From: an uncultured virus (IMG/VR IMGVR_UViG_2905894795_000003)
Taxonomy: Duplodnaviria > Heunggongvirae > Uroviricota > Caudoviricetes
DNA: 64,000 nt
IMG/VR virus record: IMGVR_UViG_2905894795_000003
Direction: 5' to 3' (one strand)
The position numbers were made by a program, and so were the translations under genes. Position 1 is the stretch's first letter, and each line of letters begins with the position of its first letter. Under the pieces are notes generated by a model that was not told where the DNA came from, searched no databases, and saw nothing but the letters and a program-made list of their open reading frames with translations. This document shows positions 10,929 to 21,250 of this stretch, in pieces.

Positions 10929-12268
10929 CTGACCGGCACCCTCAGTTGTTCAACAGGAACAAAGCCCGGATGCGTGACAGTGTTACGTGTGAGTATGTCT
11001 GTCTCGCGGCTGGCATCGTCGAACCACTCAGCGGCCAGCACCAGCGCTGGCAAAACATCTTTAGGGGTGCGCGTGACCGTCTTTTCAACCTGAGCCAGAC
11101 GAGAAGCAATGTCCCGATTAACAGAGGCCCGGAGGTTTGTCAGTGATAGAAAAAGAGTGTCGTTCGTCGTTCGCAGCTGTTCTTTGTCTATCGCGTCATT
11201 GAGCGCCGTTCTGATATCACTGAGATCATCCCAAGAGACGTAATCTGCGGGTTTGCTCGTTGCTGCATCTGCGTCCAGGGCAGGATGCGTAACATTCACG
11301 ATATCGGAAACGTTACGATTGATACTGCTGGCCGTACTATTACCGCTGTTTAATGAAGCAGCAGACTGTGCCGGCTGCGGAAGAAGCGCGACCGTTCGGG
11401 CCGCTTCGCTGATCGCTGTCGTTCGCACTGTTGCAGCAACAAGATTACTTAGCGACTTTTGCGTTTTTTGTGTGCCTGAATCGTTACCCCATACGCCACG
11501 GGGCGACAGGCCGCTATCCAGTGTTACGCCGGAGAACGTCTGGATCATCGTCGTCAGGTCTTTAGAGTCACCAGAGAGACGGGAACCGGTGCGCCACGCC
11601 TTTTGCAGTGCCTGAACAAAGTCATTTGAAGTGCTGGGCGGGCTAAGAAGAACAGATAAATCACCCTGCATTAAACGCATCGCTGCCGTTACGCCGGAAT
11701 CGATCATCTGAAAAGTGTTCGCTACATCATTCAGCATGGCCGTAGCGTTGCTGATTACATCGTCCTGAATGAAATGAACAACGTCATCCAGAGAAAAGGA
11801 TGAGAACATGTCACTGATCGCGCTATCCAGTGAATCAGCATCACCCGATAGCTTTTGTCCCGACGCTGCGCCAGCAGTAGGAAATGTCAGTTCGCCAGAC
11901 TCAACAAAAGCGAACGAGATCCGACACATTCTCCCTTCTGTGGTGCTGTGAGTAACCCTCACTTGCCCGTCAATATTGCCCTTCATTTCTCCATAGGTCG
12001 GGTGAACAAGCGTACCGGAACCTGCCGTTTCAATCGCGGTAATCAGCTTATCCCGCTGATCAATATAATTTTCCCCGATAATATAGGCATTAATATTGAA
12101 ACGTCTGGTTGCGCGGCCTAAGTCTTCTGTCCAGGGCTTATCCCGGTTAGGGTATTCATGTACCTGAACGCGTCGCCCAAACGTGCCTTCATCATCGACC
12201 ATACTAAATTTAACGCCGCGCCATGAAGCAGGGCGTAACCTTGAACGCCAACCTGAATCTACATCCAT
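10925..12268 (-). CDS. DNA circularisation protein, Mu gpN-like
   Basis: ASWRGVKF, GRRVQVHEYP, GTLVHPTYG, HPGFVP. Confidence 0.92.
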   Translation of the reverse strand: MDVDSGWRSRLRPASWRGVKFSMVDDEGTFGRRVQVHEYPNRDKPWTEDLGRATRRFNINAYIIGENYIDQRDKLITAIETAGSGTLVHPTYGEMKGNIDGQVRVTHSTTEGRMCRISFAFVESGELTFPTAGAASGQKLSGDADSLDSAISDMFSSFSLDDVVHFIQDDVISNATAMLNDVANTFQMIDSGVTAAMRLMQGDLSVLLSPPSTSNDFVQALQKAWRTGSRLSGDSKDLTTMIQTFSGVTLDSGLSPRGVWGNDSGTQKTQKSLSNLVAATVRTTAISEAARTVALLPQPAQSAASLNSGNSTASSINRNVSDIVNVTHPALDADAATSKPADYVSWDDLSDIRTALNDAIDKEQLRTTNDTLFLSLTNLRASVNRDIASRLAQVEKTVTRTPKDVLPALVLAAEWFDDASRETDILTRNTVTHPGFVPVEQLRVPVR

Positions 12269-12341
12269 AAATTATCTCCAATAATAAACCCGCAATGCGG
12301 GTTTATTTTTCGATGTAAACATTTTCATCACGACTACAGCA

Positions 12342-14228
12342 TTACTGAGGTTTTCGGAAAGGTGAATAACCAACATCAGATGTAACTCGCATATATGGAT
12401 CACCTGCTTTTGGATTGTCGAGCACTCGCATCCCTGGAGGAGCATTATCAAACGTTACTTTAAGTTCAGTCTGCTGTTTAGTTGGCGATACAGCACGGTC
12501 AAGTGGAACTAACGGTTTATAATCGTAAATATTATCAACTGGCCTTCCCTGCTTGTTAGCAATATTTACCTCGTTCTGATACCAACCGCCGTGCATCCTA
12601 TTTTTAAGTGACGTCCAAAAAGAATCAGTCCCATCCTTTTGCTTCACAGCTTCTTCAATTTCTTTGAGTTGGTTAAACATTTCAATAGCGACAGCTATAT
12701 ATATTGTCGTAGCTCCAAGTCCACCAATTTTTGACAAAACACCCTGTAACTTTGTAGCCACCGAAAGTGCGTCTTTAAGCGTACCCACAGTATTAAGAGC
12801 AAACTTCCCCCCCATATACAGAGAAACACCACCAGCAACAGACTCCCACCCACCCAATGCCTGAGCAACACCATCAATATCGCCCCACACCTCCCTGATA
12901 ACAGGACCAACCTGATCCCAATTGTCAATAATAAGATACGCACCACCCACCAGCGCAGCTATTGCCAGTTTTGCCGGTGACAAATCCATAACGTTATTAA
13001 GTATTTTCGATGCCTTAGACACTGCGCCTAATGCAAGACCAGTTCCGATAAGGGATTTAGAAAGATTCGCTATCTGCGAGATTGTTTCTGGATTTTTTTG
13101 CACAAACTCATCGAACTGTTGAATAAGTGGCACCATATCTTTAACTGCATCATTGATAGCAGGGAGAAACGTACTGCCAACATCAACCCCAACAATATTT
13201 AAATTATTGGAAAGTATTTTTAATTGTGATTGAGTATTCTTAGTTACCGCTTCAAATTCTTTCTGGGTAGAGCCTGTATATTTCTGCGCATCTGAAACAT
13301 CGCTAAAATACTCTTTCAACTTATCAAGATTGTTAAGCAATGGAGTAATAGCAGCTGAGGACTCACTACCAAAAAGCAGAGTTAATGCTTTGGCTTTTTT
13401 TGCTTCCGGTAATTTATTTATTCCTTCCAAAACCTTGACCATTGTTCCACGCGCATCTTTCACCATGCCATTAGCAACCTGTGAAGGGTTCATATGTATA
13501 GCGTGGAAAACTTTTTTAGCATTACCAGAGTTAGAACTTGTAAGTGCTTTAAAAAAGTTTTTAATACCAGTTGCAGCAACGTCGGACTGAACACCCACGC
13601 CCATTGTTGTTGCAGCAAGTGCCGCCAGGTCTTCTGCTGAAACATGTGCAGCTTTTGCAATACTTGATACATCTGTTACCACAGATGCAATCTGTGCCCC
13701 CGTGGCCTTACCATGACGGCCAAGATAACTAACCTGATCTGATAGTCTCTCAATATCAGCTTGGGGCATCTTGAAGGCTGCACGCCATGCTGTCATAGCC
13801 TGCCCGGCATCTTCCGCAGACATACCAAACGCCACACCTGTTTTTGCCGCATCTGTGGCGAATTGTTTAAGTTCAGTATGTGCAACACCAGCCTGGCCGG
13901 CTGCGGCAACAATCTCAGCTATGCCATCCGCTGACATTGGGATAGAGGAGGAAAGATCTAATATATCTCTGCCCATCTTTGCGAAAGCTTTCTGATCGTC
14001 CATCCCTTCGACAACCTTTCTGACCTCCGACATCTTTTCATCGAATTCAATGGCTTCATGAATGGGAACGGCAAACATTCCAGCAATACCAAAACCAGCT
14101 GTTGAAGCGATTTTAGAAAGAGAAGCCATCTCTTTCTTAAAACCTTTAACCTGCCGCTGCATTCCCTGTAGCGGCCCGGTTAATTTGTCAACGGCGGTTA
14201 TAATGGCTTTTAGTTCAAAACTATCCAC
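12342..14228 (-). CDS. tail tape measure protein (TP901-type core)
   Basis: 628-aa Ala-rich helical protein after the chaperone; FELKAIITAVDKLTGPL start. Confidence 0.9.
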   Translation of the reverse strand: MDSFELKAIITAVDKLTGPLQGMQRQVKGFKKEMASLSKIASTAGFGIAGMFAVPIHEAIEFDEKMSEVRKVVEGMDDQKAFAKMGRDILDLSSSIPMSADGIAEIVAAAGQAGVAHTELKQFATDAAKTGVAFGMSAEDAGQAMTAWRAAFKMPQADIERLSDQVSYLGRHGKATGAQIASVVTDVSSIAKAAHVSAEDLAALAATTMGVGVQSDVAATGIKNFFKALTSSNSGNAKKVFHAIHMNPSQVANGMVKDARGTMVKVLEGINKLPEAKKAKALTLLFGSESSAAITPLLNNLDKLKEYFSDVSDAQKYTGSTQKEFEAVTKNTQSQLKILSNNLNIVGVDVGSTFLPAINDAVKDMVPLIQQFDEFVQKNPETISQIANLSKSLIGTGLALGAVSKASKILNNVMDLSPAKLAIAALVGGAYLIIDNWDQVGPVIREVWGDIDGVAQALGGWESVAGGVSLYMGGKFALNTVGTLKDALSVATKLQGVLSKIGGLGATTIYIAVAIEMFNQLKEIEEAVKQKDGTDSFWTSLKNRMHGGWYQNEVNIANKQGRPVDNIYDYKPLVPLDRAVSPTKQQTELKVTFDNAPPGMRVLDNPKAGDPYMRVTSDVGYSPFRKPQ

Positions 14229-14312
14229 CCTTTATATCCTCATTGATGCGCACAGCTTCCGATTCTAATTCAAGAAACTGTCCGATTGGTTCCTTCATTA
14301 AAGAAAGAGGAT

Positions 14313-14660
14313 TTATTTTCCAGAAGTATGCTGTGTTGAAGATTCTTCTTCGGAGCCTTCCACTTCCGACGCATTCTGGATCCCCGACTGAGTAAAAAAA
14401 CCAACTATTAACATTGACGCTTTAAAAATATCGAAAAGATTGATTTTTTTAGCAGAACTTTTAGGGATTCCTGCTAGCACAGGTATGTACTCCAGACAGG
14501 CAGAGGAAAGTGGTTTAACCTCCCCATCACCTATTGAAAAAGGAAAGCCATATTTAGTTATTTCATCATAAGTCGGCTGCCTTAATTCCAGTACATGCAG
14601 TTTTTCGCCATGTGCAGTAATAGGAGAGGACAAAACCAACTCTTTCTTTTCTTCAATCAT
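14313..14660 (-). CDS. tail assembly chaperone; -1 frameshift form predicted to end at 14221
   Basis: Between tube and tape measure; T TTT TTT at 14394-14400 with an open -1 frame to TAG 14221. Confidence 0.85.
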   Translation of the reverse strand: MIEEKKELVLSSPITAHGEKLHVLELRQPTYDEITKYGFPFSIGDGEVKPLSSACLEYIPVLAGIPKSSAKKINLFDIFKASMLIVGFFTQSGIQNASEVEGSEEESSTQHTSGK

Positions 14661-15013
14661 TGGAAATCACCATTTTCACTGTGGAATTCTACTTCTACCG
14701 TACCTTCTTCGGGGTTGTAATTCATTTCCCCATGAACCCATGCATCGGAAAGCACATAAACCATTCCGTTAGCGAACTCAGAAGTTACTGTCATATTTTC
14801 AGAAGACGCCAGTTTTGAGAACGGAAATGTTTTAGGTACTTTTAGCGTAGCCTTTGTATACGCTGCCCGGTGTGTTTCCTTATAATCAACAGAACCATCG
14901 AGGCCAATAATATCATCCTTAACTTTAGTGTTCATCGGAACTTCAATACCACCAGTTGCGGATAATTGCTGTCCATCGACTTTGATATAACATGTACCAG
15001 CTAACTTAGGCAT
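14657..15013 (-). CDS. tail tube protein
   Basis: AGTCYIKVDGQQL, FANGMVYVLSDAW; follows sheath. Confidence 0.9.
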   Translation of the reverse strand: MPKLAGTCYIKVDGQQLSATGGIEVPMNTKVKDDIIGLDGSVDYKETHRAAYTKATLKVPKTFPFSKLASSENMTVTSEFANGMVYVLSDAWVHGEMNYNPEEGTVEVEFHSENGDFQ

Positions 15014-17099
15014 TAGCAGCCATCTCCTCATCGCTATATTGCAGACGGAATTGATTCAAAAGCGCAAAGACGCGCAACTGATTCACATAATCAGGTGGGA
15101 ACAATACATCTACGCGATTAACGTTATTAGCATTGCGCACCACTTTAAGATTTGATTTGAACGTGTCGAAGTTCTCAACAATGCCCGCTGTTTCTAACTG
15201 ACGATAAACAGCGCAGATTTCCCCTTTAAGTACGGCTGGCGTAACAATTGCCTGTCCTGCGCCATAGCGTGTGCCGTCATCTGCCAGTTTGTGACGCGGG
15301 TATTTTGAAGTGATAGCACTCTTTAATTTCCGAATAACATACGCTGAGGTATGCAGTGTTTCAGAATCAAGGTAGCTGTTATCACTTACGCCATATTTGT
15401 TTTTCTTGTAAGTCGTAATATCTCGCTGAATTAACAACGCGCCAGACGTTACAGAAGCTGTAGCGATACCGTGAGTCAAAAGTGACTGCTGTTCCGTAAG
15501 CGTAAAACGGCTTCCCACTGGTGCAGGTAATGCGCCTGTTAGCTCGCCCGTTTGCGTGGGCCGTGCCGGATCATTACGTAAAAACACCGCCTGACGGCCC
15601 AGACGATAGCCAATCAGCTCATCATAGGGCGTCTGCGTTGCTACCTCATATCCGCAAATGGTGAGGTGTTGCTTATTGAACGAATCACCAAACTCTACCA
15701 GCTCCGATAACGTCCCGGTTCGGGCCGTGTAAACATGGCCATAAAGCTGTCTTGCCCAGCTCCAGCGCCCGGATGAATCGTTCATTTCAGCGTCCATAGT
15801 CGCCAGAGACGCCGAATCATTTAACGCCAGCCCGATAAAGTCGAATGCCTCATCACCCATTGCCGCTATAGCGTCGTCCGGCGTCAAGCTGGCCTCACCG
15901 CCTTTCATGCCATCAATAATGATGGTGAGTCCATCTGGTGTCTCTTCACCACCTACCGTTCCATAATAATTCAGCGTCAGAGGAATGGCATTACCGGCTT
16001 TGCCAGCATATTTAGCAGTAAGCGTAACCACCGCTGTTGTTACGCCACTTTTTACCCCGGATGCTGATTTAACCTGCGCAGTAACTGTCGCGGCACAAGT
16101 AGCCGTCTTTTTGCCATCCTTAGTTGTCACCGTGATATTTGCCGCGCCCGCTTTAACGCCAGTAACGACGCCATCAACAACAGTTGCGATAGTTTCATCG
16201 TCTGAAGCCCAGGTAACAGCCTTGTTCGTCGCCGTAGCAGGCGCAATGGTTGCTGCCAGTGGGTCAGAGGAAGCGCCAACGGCTACACTCAACGTTGTTT
16301 TATCAAGCGTTACGCCGGTGACAGCAACACTCTGGGCTGAGATAACAATGCTCTTATCTGCTGTTTTATTACCATCCTGTGTCGTGACCGTGACTTTTAC
16401 CGTCCCAGCCTTAACCGCTGTTACTTCGCAGGATTCGTTATTGCTACCGGATGGTGCGAGCGTTGCCAGGCTGGAATCATTCACCGTCCAGGTAACAGTT
16501 TTATTCGTGGCATTGTTGGGGGAAACGTTAGCAGTAAGCGTGGTTTTATCACCCACGGCCAGCGAAGAAGACCCTCCCGACACACTAACGCCATCTACGC
16601 TAACAGAGGCTGCTTTAACCGTGGCCGTAACCGGCAAATCGGCTTTTGCATTAATCGCATCAGCCAGCGCCTGAGCACTTTGTATAGGCGTATCATCAGC
16701 TGAAATAACCGCCTGAACCCGATTAGTGCCGATATATACACTTATAGTGCCAGCCGCATTAGCAGTACCTGATATCGATACAGTACCAGTGGCGTTTGTA
16801 CCCTGTTTATCATCATCTACAGCAATAACGTAAAGTTCGCCAAACGGATCAGTTGCGCGGTATGCGGCAACCATCCGTGCTAATTGTGAACCGCGCCCAC
16901 AGATTTTTTTAGCCAGATCAGCAGAAGGCATAATAACCGGCTTGTTACGATCGATACTGGCTTCAGGCAGAACCTGACCAATCAAAAGTGAAGGCCCGGA
17001 ATCCTGAGCAGTATTTGCCTTACTGTTGTCCATTTCTGCATAAAACAACGGCACTTGTACATCTGAAGGCAAATTTTCAAACGAAACTGAATCAGCCAT
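15006..17099 (-). CDS. contractile tail sheath (Mu gpL-like) with two inserted Ig-like (Big_2) domains
   Basis: VPLFYAEMDNS, DPARPTQT, PPDYVNQLRVFA plus two NATNK.VTW Ig repeats. Confidence 0.93.
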   Translation of the reverse strand: MADSVSFENLPSDVQVPLFYAEMDNSKANTAQDSGPSLLIGQVLPEASIDRNKPVIMPSADLAKKICGRGSQLARMVAAYRATDPFGELYVIAVDDDKQGTNATGTVSISGTANAAGTISVYIGTNRVQAVISADDTPIQSAQALADAINAKADLPVTATVKAASVSVDGVSVSGGSSSLAVGDKTTLTANVSPNNATNKTVTWTVNDSSLATLAPSGSNNESCEVTAVKAGTVKVTVTTQDGNKTADKSIVISAQSVAVTGVTLDKTTLSVAVGASSDPLAATIAPATATNKAVTWASDDETIATVVDGVVTGVKAGAANITVTTKDGKKTATCAATVTAQVKSASGVKSGVTTAVVTLTAKYAGKAGNAIPLTLNYYGTVGGEETPDGLTIIIDGMKGGEASLTPDDAIAAMGDEAFDFIGLALNDSASLATMDAEMNDSSGRWSWARQLYGHVYTARTGTLSELVEFGDSFNKQHLTICGYEVATQTPYDELIGYRLGRQAVFLRNDPARPTQTGELTGALPAPVGSRFTLTEQQSLLTHGIATASVTSGALLIQRDITTYKKNKYGVSDNSYLDSETLHTSAYVIRKLKSAITSKYPRHKLADDGTRYGAGQAIVTPAVLKGEICAVYRQLETAGIVENFDTFKSNLKVVRNANNVNRVDVLFPPDYVNQLRVFALLNQFRLQYSDEEMAANA

Positions 17100-17255
17100 T
17101 TAACTTTCCTTTGGTGGTTTTTCTTCTTTCACGTCACCATCTTTTAAGCGACGCAACCAATAGCCATCTTTGGGGACATTTCGCCCTTTTTCGGGCAACA
17201 GGTCGCCACGGGCGGGATCAGGAACTGATCGCCCTTTTTGAGGGACTACATACAT
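17100..17255 (-). CDS. DUF2635 / Mu gp38-like small protein (not in ORF track)
   Basis: Hand-translated MYVVPQKGRSVPDPARGDLLPEKGRNVPKDGYWLRRLKDGDV...; directly before sheath. Confidence 0.85.
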   Translation of the reverse strand: MYVVPQKGRSVPDPARGDLLPEKGRNVPKDGYWLRRLKDGDVKEEKPPKES

Positions 17256-17269
17256 GGGGTTACTCTTTT

Positions 17270-17824
17270 TTAGGGGAAGTGGATTTCTTCGTGGTGCTCT
17301 ATCTCGCCATCCGGCCCGCCGCCAGGACTGGCATAATCGAAATCTATCATGACAGTTTTGAGCGGTGGCAATTTGCTAAGGTCGGCACCATGACGAGTAT
17401 CGACGTCACTCACCTCACGTACCGCTGAAAAGTCGAACTGATAGTAGAGTAGCTCGCGGTTAATGCTGATAACCTGCCCGCCTTCGTACTTGATGGGATA
17501 AGTGTTCTCATCGACTTCCCATCCCAGCAGGGCCGCCCAGATTTCAGCCCTGATATCGTTGACCGAATCATATGCATTTTGTCCGCGCTGATCGGCCCGG
17601 TTATCTAAGGCAACTATCACCGCGAAACCTTCCGTCACCAGCTGATCATAATCTGTCTGTGATTTCTGTTCGCCAGCGTTATCACCCGTTGGGACGACAT
17701 AAGCAGCAGGCGCTTGCATTTGAGAGACATTATCAATGGCCTTAAACTCCGCAGCCCCACCAACACGCCCACCAAATGACTGTGATATTTCGCGCAGTGC
17801 TTCAATAATTAAAGATAACTTCAT
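17270..17824 (-). CDS. tail terminator/completion protein
   Basis: FGGRVGGAAEF, PAAYVVP, ALLGW, YQFDF. Confidence 0.75.
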   Translation of the reverse strand: MKLSLIIEALREISQSFGGRVGGAAEFKAIDNVSQMQAPAAYVVPTGDNAGEQKSQTDYDQLVTEGFAVIVALDNRADQRGQNAYDSVNDIRAEIWAALLGWEVDENTYPIKYEGGQVISINRELLYYQFDFSAVREVSDVDTRHGADLSKLPPLKTVMIDFDYASPGGGPDGEIEHHEEIHFP

Positions 17825-18363
17825 TTAACCACCCTTTTTACTCTCGGTGGCCGCAGCGATTCCCGCAGCGCCCTTTGCAATATATAGCGTGTCCATGCTT
17901 TACGGCTCTCCAGCACATCAACCATAAAGTTATTGCGTGGAGCGATACGCCATTCAGATGAGCCGGTTGTGTTTTTATGGTGTTTTTTCTGCCTAACGGC
18001 CCCCTGGTGAACTCCATAAAATAGCGCTGCAGGATAAAAAACATTACCACCATGCCGATCCTTCTTCTCTGGCAGAGCCTGACCGCCGCCATCCCCGCGC
18101 AATTCACCCGGTGCAATTCGCACCATCAGCCCTGAACGGCGTGATGAAGCATTAGGCACCCAATAACCAATAGATCGCGCTAAAGCCCCGGTCTGATACC
18201 CTGGATTCTCTCCCGGAGCAGAGACACCACGACGCATAACCAGGCGGCGGGCATCTCGCATGTGTATCTGACCAATTTTAAAAAAAACACGCCGCATTTT
18301 GGCCCGGTTAAAAACCAGATTTTCCGGCGTATCAAAATCAACGTGAAAAACAGGTCTAGCCAT
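17821..18363 (-). CDS. neck/tail component, HK97 gp10-like
   Basis: SAPGENPGYQTGALARSI, IAPRNNFM; neck position. Confidence 0.7.
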   Translation of the reverse strand: MARPVFHVDFDTPENLVFNRAKMRRVFFKIGQIHMRDARRLVMRRGVSAPGENPGYQTGALARSIGYWVPNASSRRSGLMVRIAPGELRGDGGGQALPEKKDRHGGNVFYPAALFYGVHQGAVRQKKHHKNTTGSSEWRIAPRNNFMVDVLESRKAWTRYILQRALRESLRPPRVKRVVK

Positions 18364-18748
18364 AAGCACCCCCACTGTAATTTTCCGCAGCGCCCTTCGA
18401 TTCACACTCAAGCAGCAGGAAGCGTCCCGCGCTATTCAGATCACGTATTCGCCGAATTCGCATCACTTCACCAGATACAACCGCTTCCCACTCTGAAGAA
18501 ATATCAGTGCGGTAACGAATAGTGAGATAGTGCGTTACTGTCGTATCCGTCTGCACCGTTCCCTGATAAGTAGCTGCCCCGGTTTGTCTGACCTTAGTCC
18601 ATGTCTCAAACGTCGAAAGGTCTTTTGATACCAGAGTGCCACTATCACCGGGAACACTGATCCGCTTACGGTATGCCACGCGCTTGTTTAATTCCCCAGG
18701 GTCAGGAAATGAGTAATTCGCACTGGTTAGTGCTGGCGCTCGTTTCAT
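18356..18748 (-). CDS. head closure / head-tail adaptor
   Basis: PGELNKR, THYLTIRYR, FLLLEC. Confidence 0.85.
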   Translation of the reverse strand: MKRAPALTSANYSFPDPGELNKRVAYRKRISVPGDSGTLVSKDLSTFETWTKVRQTGAATYQGTVQTDTTVTHYLTIRYRTDISSEWEAVVSGEVMRIRRIRDLNSAGRFLLLECESKGAAENYSGGAYG

Positions 18749-19062
18749 AGCGGAATAAACCGGTAGGGGCCAACCAGCCAGTTAAAGGACTGCGGCATTT
18801 CAGACATTTCAACATCAGAAACGGATGATCGGCTTTCATAAAGATGCGTAACCAGCATCAAAATACCCTGTCGCACATCGGCGGGCAGAACCAGACCATC
18901 AGGATCACTATCAGGCACTGAATCGGCGTACAATTTGCGGTTAAGATACGTAGATGTTCTGGTCTCAGCCGCAGCTCCCAGAGCCTGAAGTAAACCATCT
19001 TCTGCCGTATAATCTGGTTCAAGCCGTAACTGCGTCTTAATCTCTTCAAGTGTGATTATCAT
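18745..19062 (-). CDS. head-tail connector (gp6-like)
   Basis: LEEIKTQLRL, LMLVTHLYESR, PYR. Confidence 0.88.
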   Translation of the reverse strand: MIITLEEIKTQLRLEPDYTAEDGLLQALGAAAETRTSTYLNRKLYADSVPDSDPDGLVLPADVRQGILMLVTHLYESRSSVSDVEMSEMPQSFNWLVGPYRFIPL

Positions 19063-19104
19063 GCTCTCACCCAAATAAGCCTGCCCTCCAAGGGCAGGCG
19101 CACA

Positions 19105-20580
19105 TTAAGCAACTGTCGCGGCACAAGTAGCCGTCTTACCACCATCAGCAGTTTTAGCCGTGATATTGGCCGTACCTGCTTTGACGCCAGTGACAACACC
19201 GTCAGCAACCGTGGCGACTTTTTCATTATCGGAAGCCCAGGTAACGGCCTTATTCGTCGCCGTGGCGGGCGCAACGGTCGCTACCAGTGCGTCAGATGAG
19301 GCCCCAACGGCAACGCTCAGCGTTGTTTTGTCCAGCGTTACGCCGGTAACGGCAATACCTGTATCAGGACTGGTTAATCCCTTAATGGCAGAGACATCTT
19401 CGAGTACACAATCAAAGCGATGAAATGCCAGAAATCCTGTTTGATCATACTCGGCGTAACGTTCAACTAAGCGACGTAGCAACATATATTCGACACGGCG
19501 AACGATAAAGTGGCTGAAATCGCCGCAATACATAAAGGATTTACCAGTGCCAATATCCGCAATGCCCTGATCAACAACATAAGGGGTCGCAAAAACAGTA
19601 GCGGGGGCGATCCCCACAACATCAGGTAACCAGATAGGCCGATTCTGGTCATCTTTCATTTTGCTTATCTCAAGCAAAGTATTGTCATTAAAAGCGAAAC
19701 GGAACTTTGGCGAATTTCTATAGGCTGGGTCAACGCTATGCTTGAGCGTGAGAACGTCTTCCCATGACAGTGAGCTACCTGCGATACCCTTTGTCTTTGA
19801 AACCCACTTATCGAGTCCCTTCGGAGTTTTAGTGTCACTACCATCACCGTTAATGATGTACTTTGCCTCACCACGCCCAATACGTTGCGCAATGCGTCCA
19901 GCTAAGAACCCTTCGATATCGATTCCGCTGTCTTGTAAAAGCTCATTCGGCACACGAATGATTTTTGATGTGAGTTTTTTTGCACCTAACTGCACAGACC
20001 CAAAATTTGCCGCTTCTTCTTCTGCCGCTTCATTTTCGCCAATCAGCATCCCTTCTTCTTCAGTACCATCACTGAAGACCCAATCGATTGGCTGCCCATT
20101 TGGGGTCGTCAGTATTTGCGCGACTGAAGCAATACCGCCGTATGCCTTCATTGCCTCCACAACGCGATTCCAGAATTGAGTAGGTACGGTAAACCCCCCT
20201 TTCTCATTCGATCCCGTAGACTGCCAGTCGCCGGACGCACGTAATTCTTTCAACGCCTGTCGTTCTTCCACAGTCATTTCCGAAAGACCAACACGGATAA
20301 ACTTGTTAAACGCAGCAGCACGACGGTCTACATCCACGTCCCCCGGACGATTTATTAAACCGCGCTGTTCGGGGTTGAGTTCCTGTACAAAAGTATCGTC
20401 GAGAGACTGGATTTCCTCCTCCCGCTTAATAAACTGATCTAAACGAGTGAGTTCGCTGTTCGCTTCATCCCACTTACGGCTTTGCTCTTCCGTCCAGGAA
20501 TTATCCCCAATGTCGTCATGCAACTTACGCATTTCGCCAGCAATGGTTGAGCGTTTCTGTTTTGCTTCATAAAGTTTCAT
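19105..20580 (-). CDS. HK97-fold major capsid protein with C-terminal Ig-like (Big_2) domain
   Basis: GGFTVP, ELLQDS, ERYAEYDQTGF then VTGVTLDKTTLSVAVG...TNKAVTWAS. Confidence 0.94.
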   Translation of the reverse strand: MKLYEAKQKRSTIAGEMRKLHDDIGDNSWTEEQSRKWDEANSELTRLDQFIKREEEIQSLDDTFVQELNPEQRGLINRPGDVDVDRRAAAFNKFIRVGLSEMTVEERQALKELRASGDWQSTGSNEKGGFTVPTQFWNRVVEAMKAYGGIASVAQILTTPNGQPIDWVFSDGTEEEGMLIGENEAAEEEAANFGSVQLGAKKLTSKIIRVPNELLQDSGIDIEGFLAGRIAQRIGRGEAKYIINGDGSDTKTPKGLDKWVSKTKGIAGSSLSWEDVLTLKHSVDPAYRNSPKFRFAFNDNTLLEISKMKDDQNRPIWLPDVVGIAPATVFATPYVVDQGIADIGTGKSFMYCGDFSHFIVRRVEYMLLRRLVERYAEYDQTGFLAFHRFDCVLEDVSAIKGLTSPDTGIAVTGVTLDKTTLSVAVGASSDALVATVAPATATNKAVTWASDNEKVATVADGVVTGVKAGTANITAKTADGGKTATCAATVA

Positions 20581-20650
20581 TCTGATATTTCCTTTGGGTA
20601 TAAAAAAACCCCGCCTAAGCGAGGTTATTTCTCGATAAATAATTATTTAA

Positions 20651-21250
20651 TTAAATATTTAACAATCGCATGACACGCTCTCGCGCCATCCGCTGGTTAA
20701 CAGCCTTTTTCATAGCGCCACTATCATGTGCTTCTTGCCATGCCTGCATTGAACGAACAGAAGAGCCTGCCTGCTGATATGCAGGATACGTTACTGGTGA
20801 TACATCAAACAGGCGGGATACCTGATAGATTTCGTGTATCAGCACGCCGTCGTCGTCCTGATACCAGTCATCGCCATCACGAGCGATGCGAAATGCAAAC
20901 GAACTTTGGCTAATATCTCCACGCTGCATGGGTGCGATTACCAGATCCCGAATCGTCTGTGTTTCAGGGGCGGTAATTTCATAGCGCAGCCCCTTATCAT
21001 CTACAGAAAGAGCCAGCGTTCCCGCAGCACTTCTCCCCAGGATAAAGTTAGGGTCGTGGTTAAATAACGCCCGAACATCGTCACCTAAGACATTATCGAA
21101 AGCGCCAGGCTTTATGATTTCCCTGAACCCAAAGATCACCTCAGAAAGAGTGTCAAAAACAGAACCATACCCGACAATTCTCGTCGGCTCGCCATCATCC
21201 TGTGCAGCCCTGATTTCCCCTCCGTAGCTACGTTTTTCAATATCACTCAT
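20651..21250 (-). CDS. HK97-family prohead protease
   Basis: LFNHD, QSSFAF, DVSPVTYPAY. Confidence 0.94.
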   Translation of the reverse strand: MSDIEKRSYGGEIRAAQDDGEPTRIVGYGSVFDTLSEVIFGFREIIKPGAFDNVLGDDVRALFNHDPNFILGRSAAGTLALSVDDKGLRYEITAPETQTIRDLVIAPMQRGDISQSSFAFRIARDGDDWYQDDDGVLIHEIYQVSRLFDVSPVTYPAYQQAGSSVRSMQAWQEAHDSGAMKKAVNQRMARERVMRLLNI

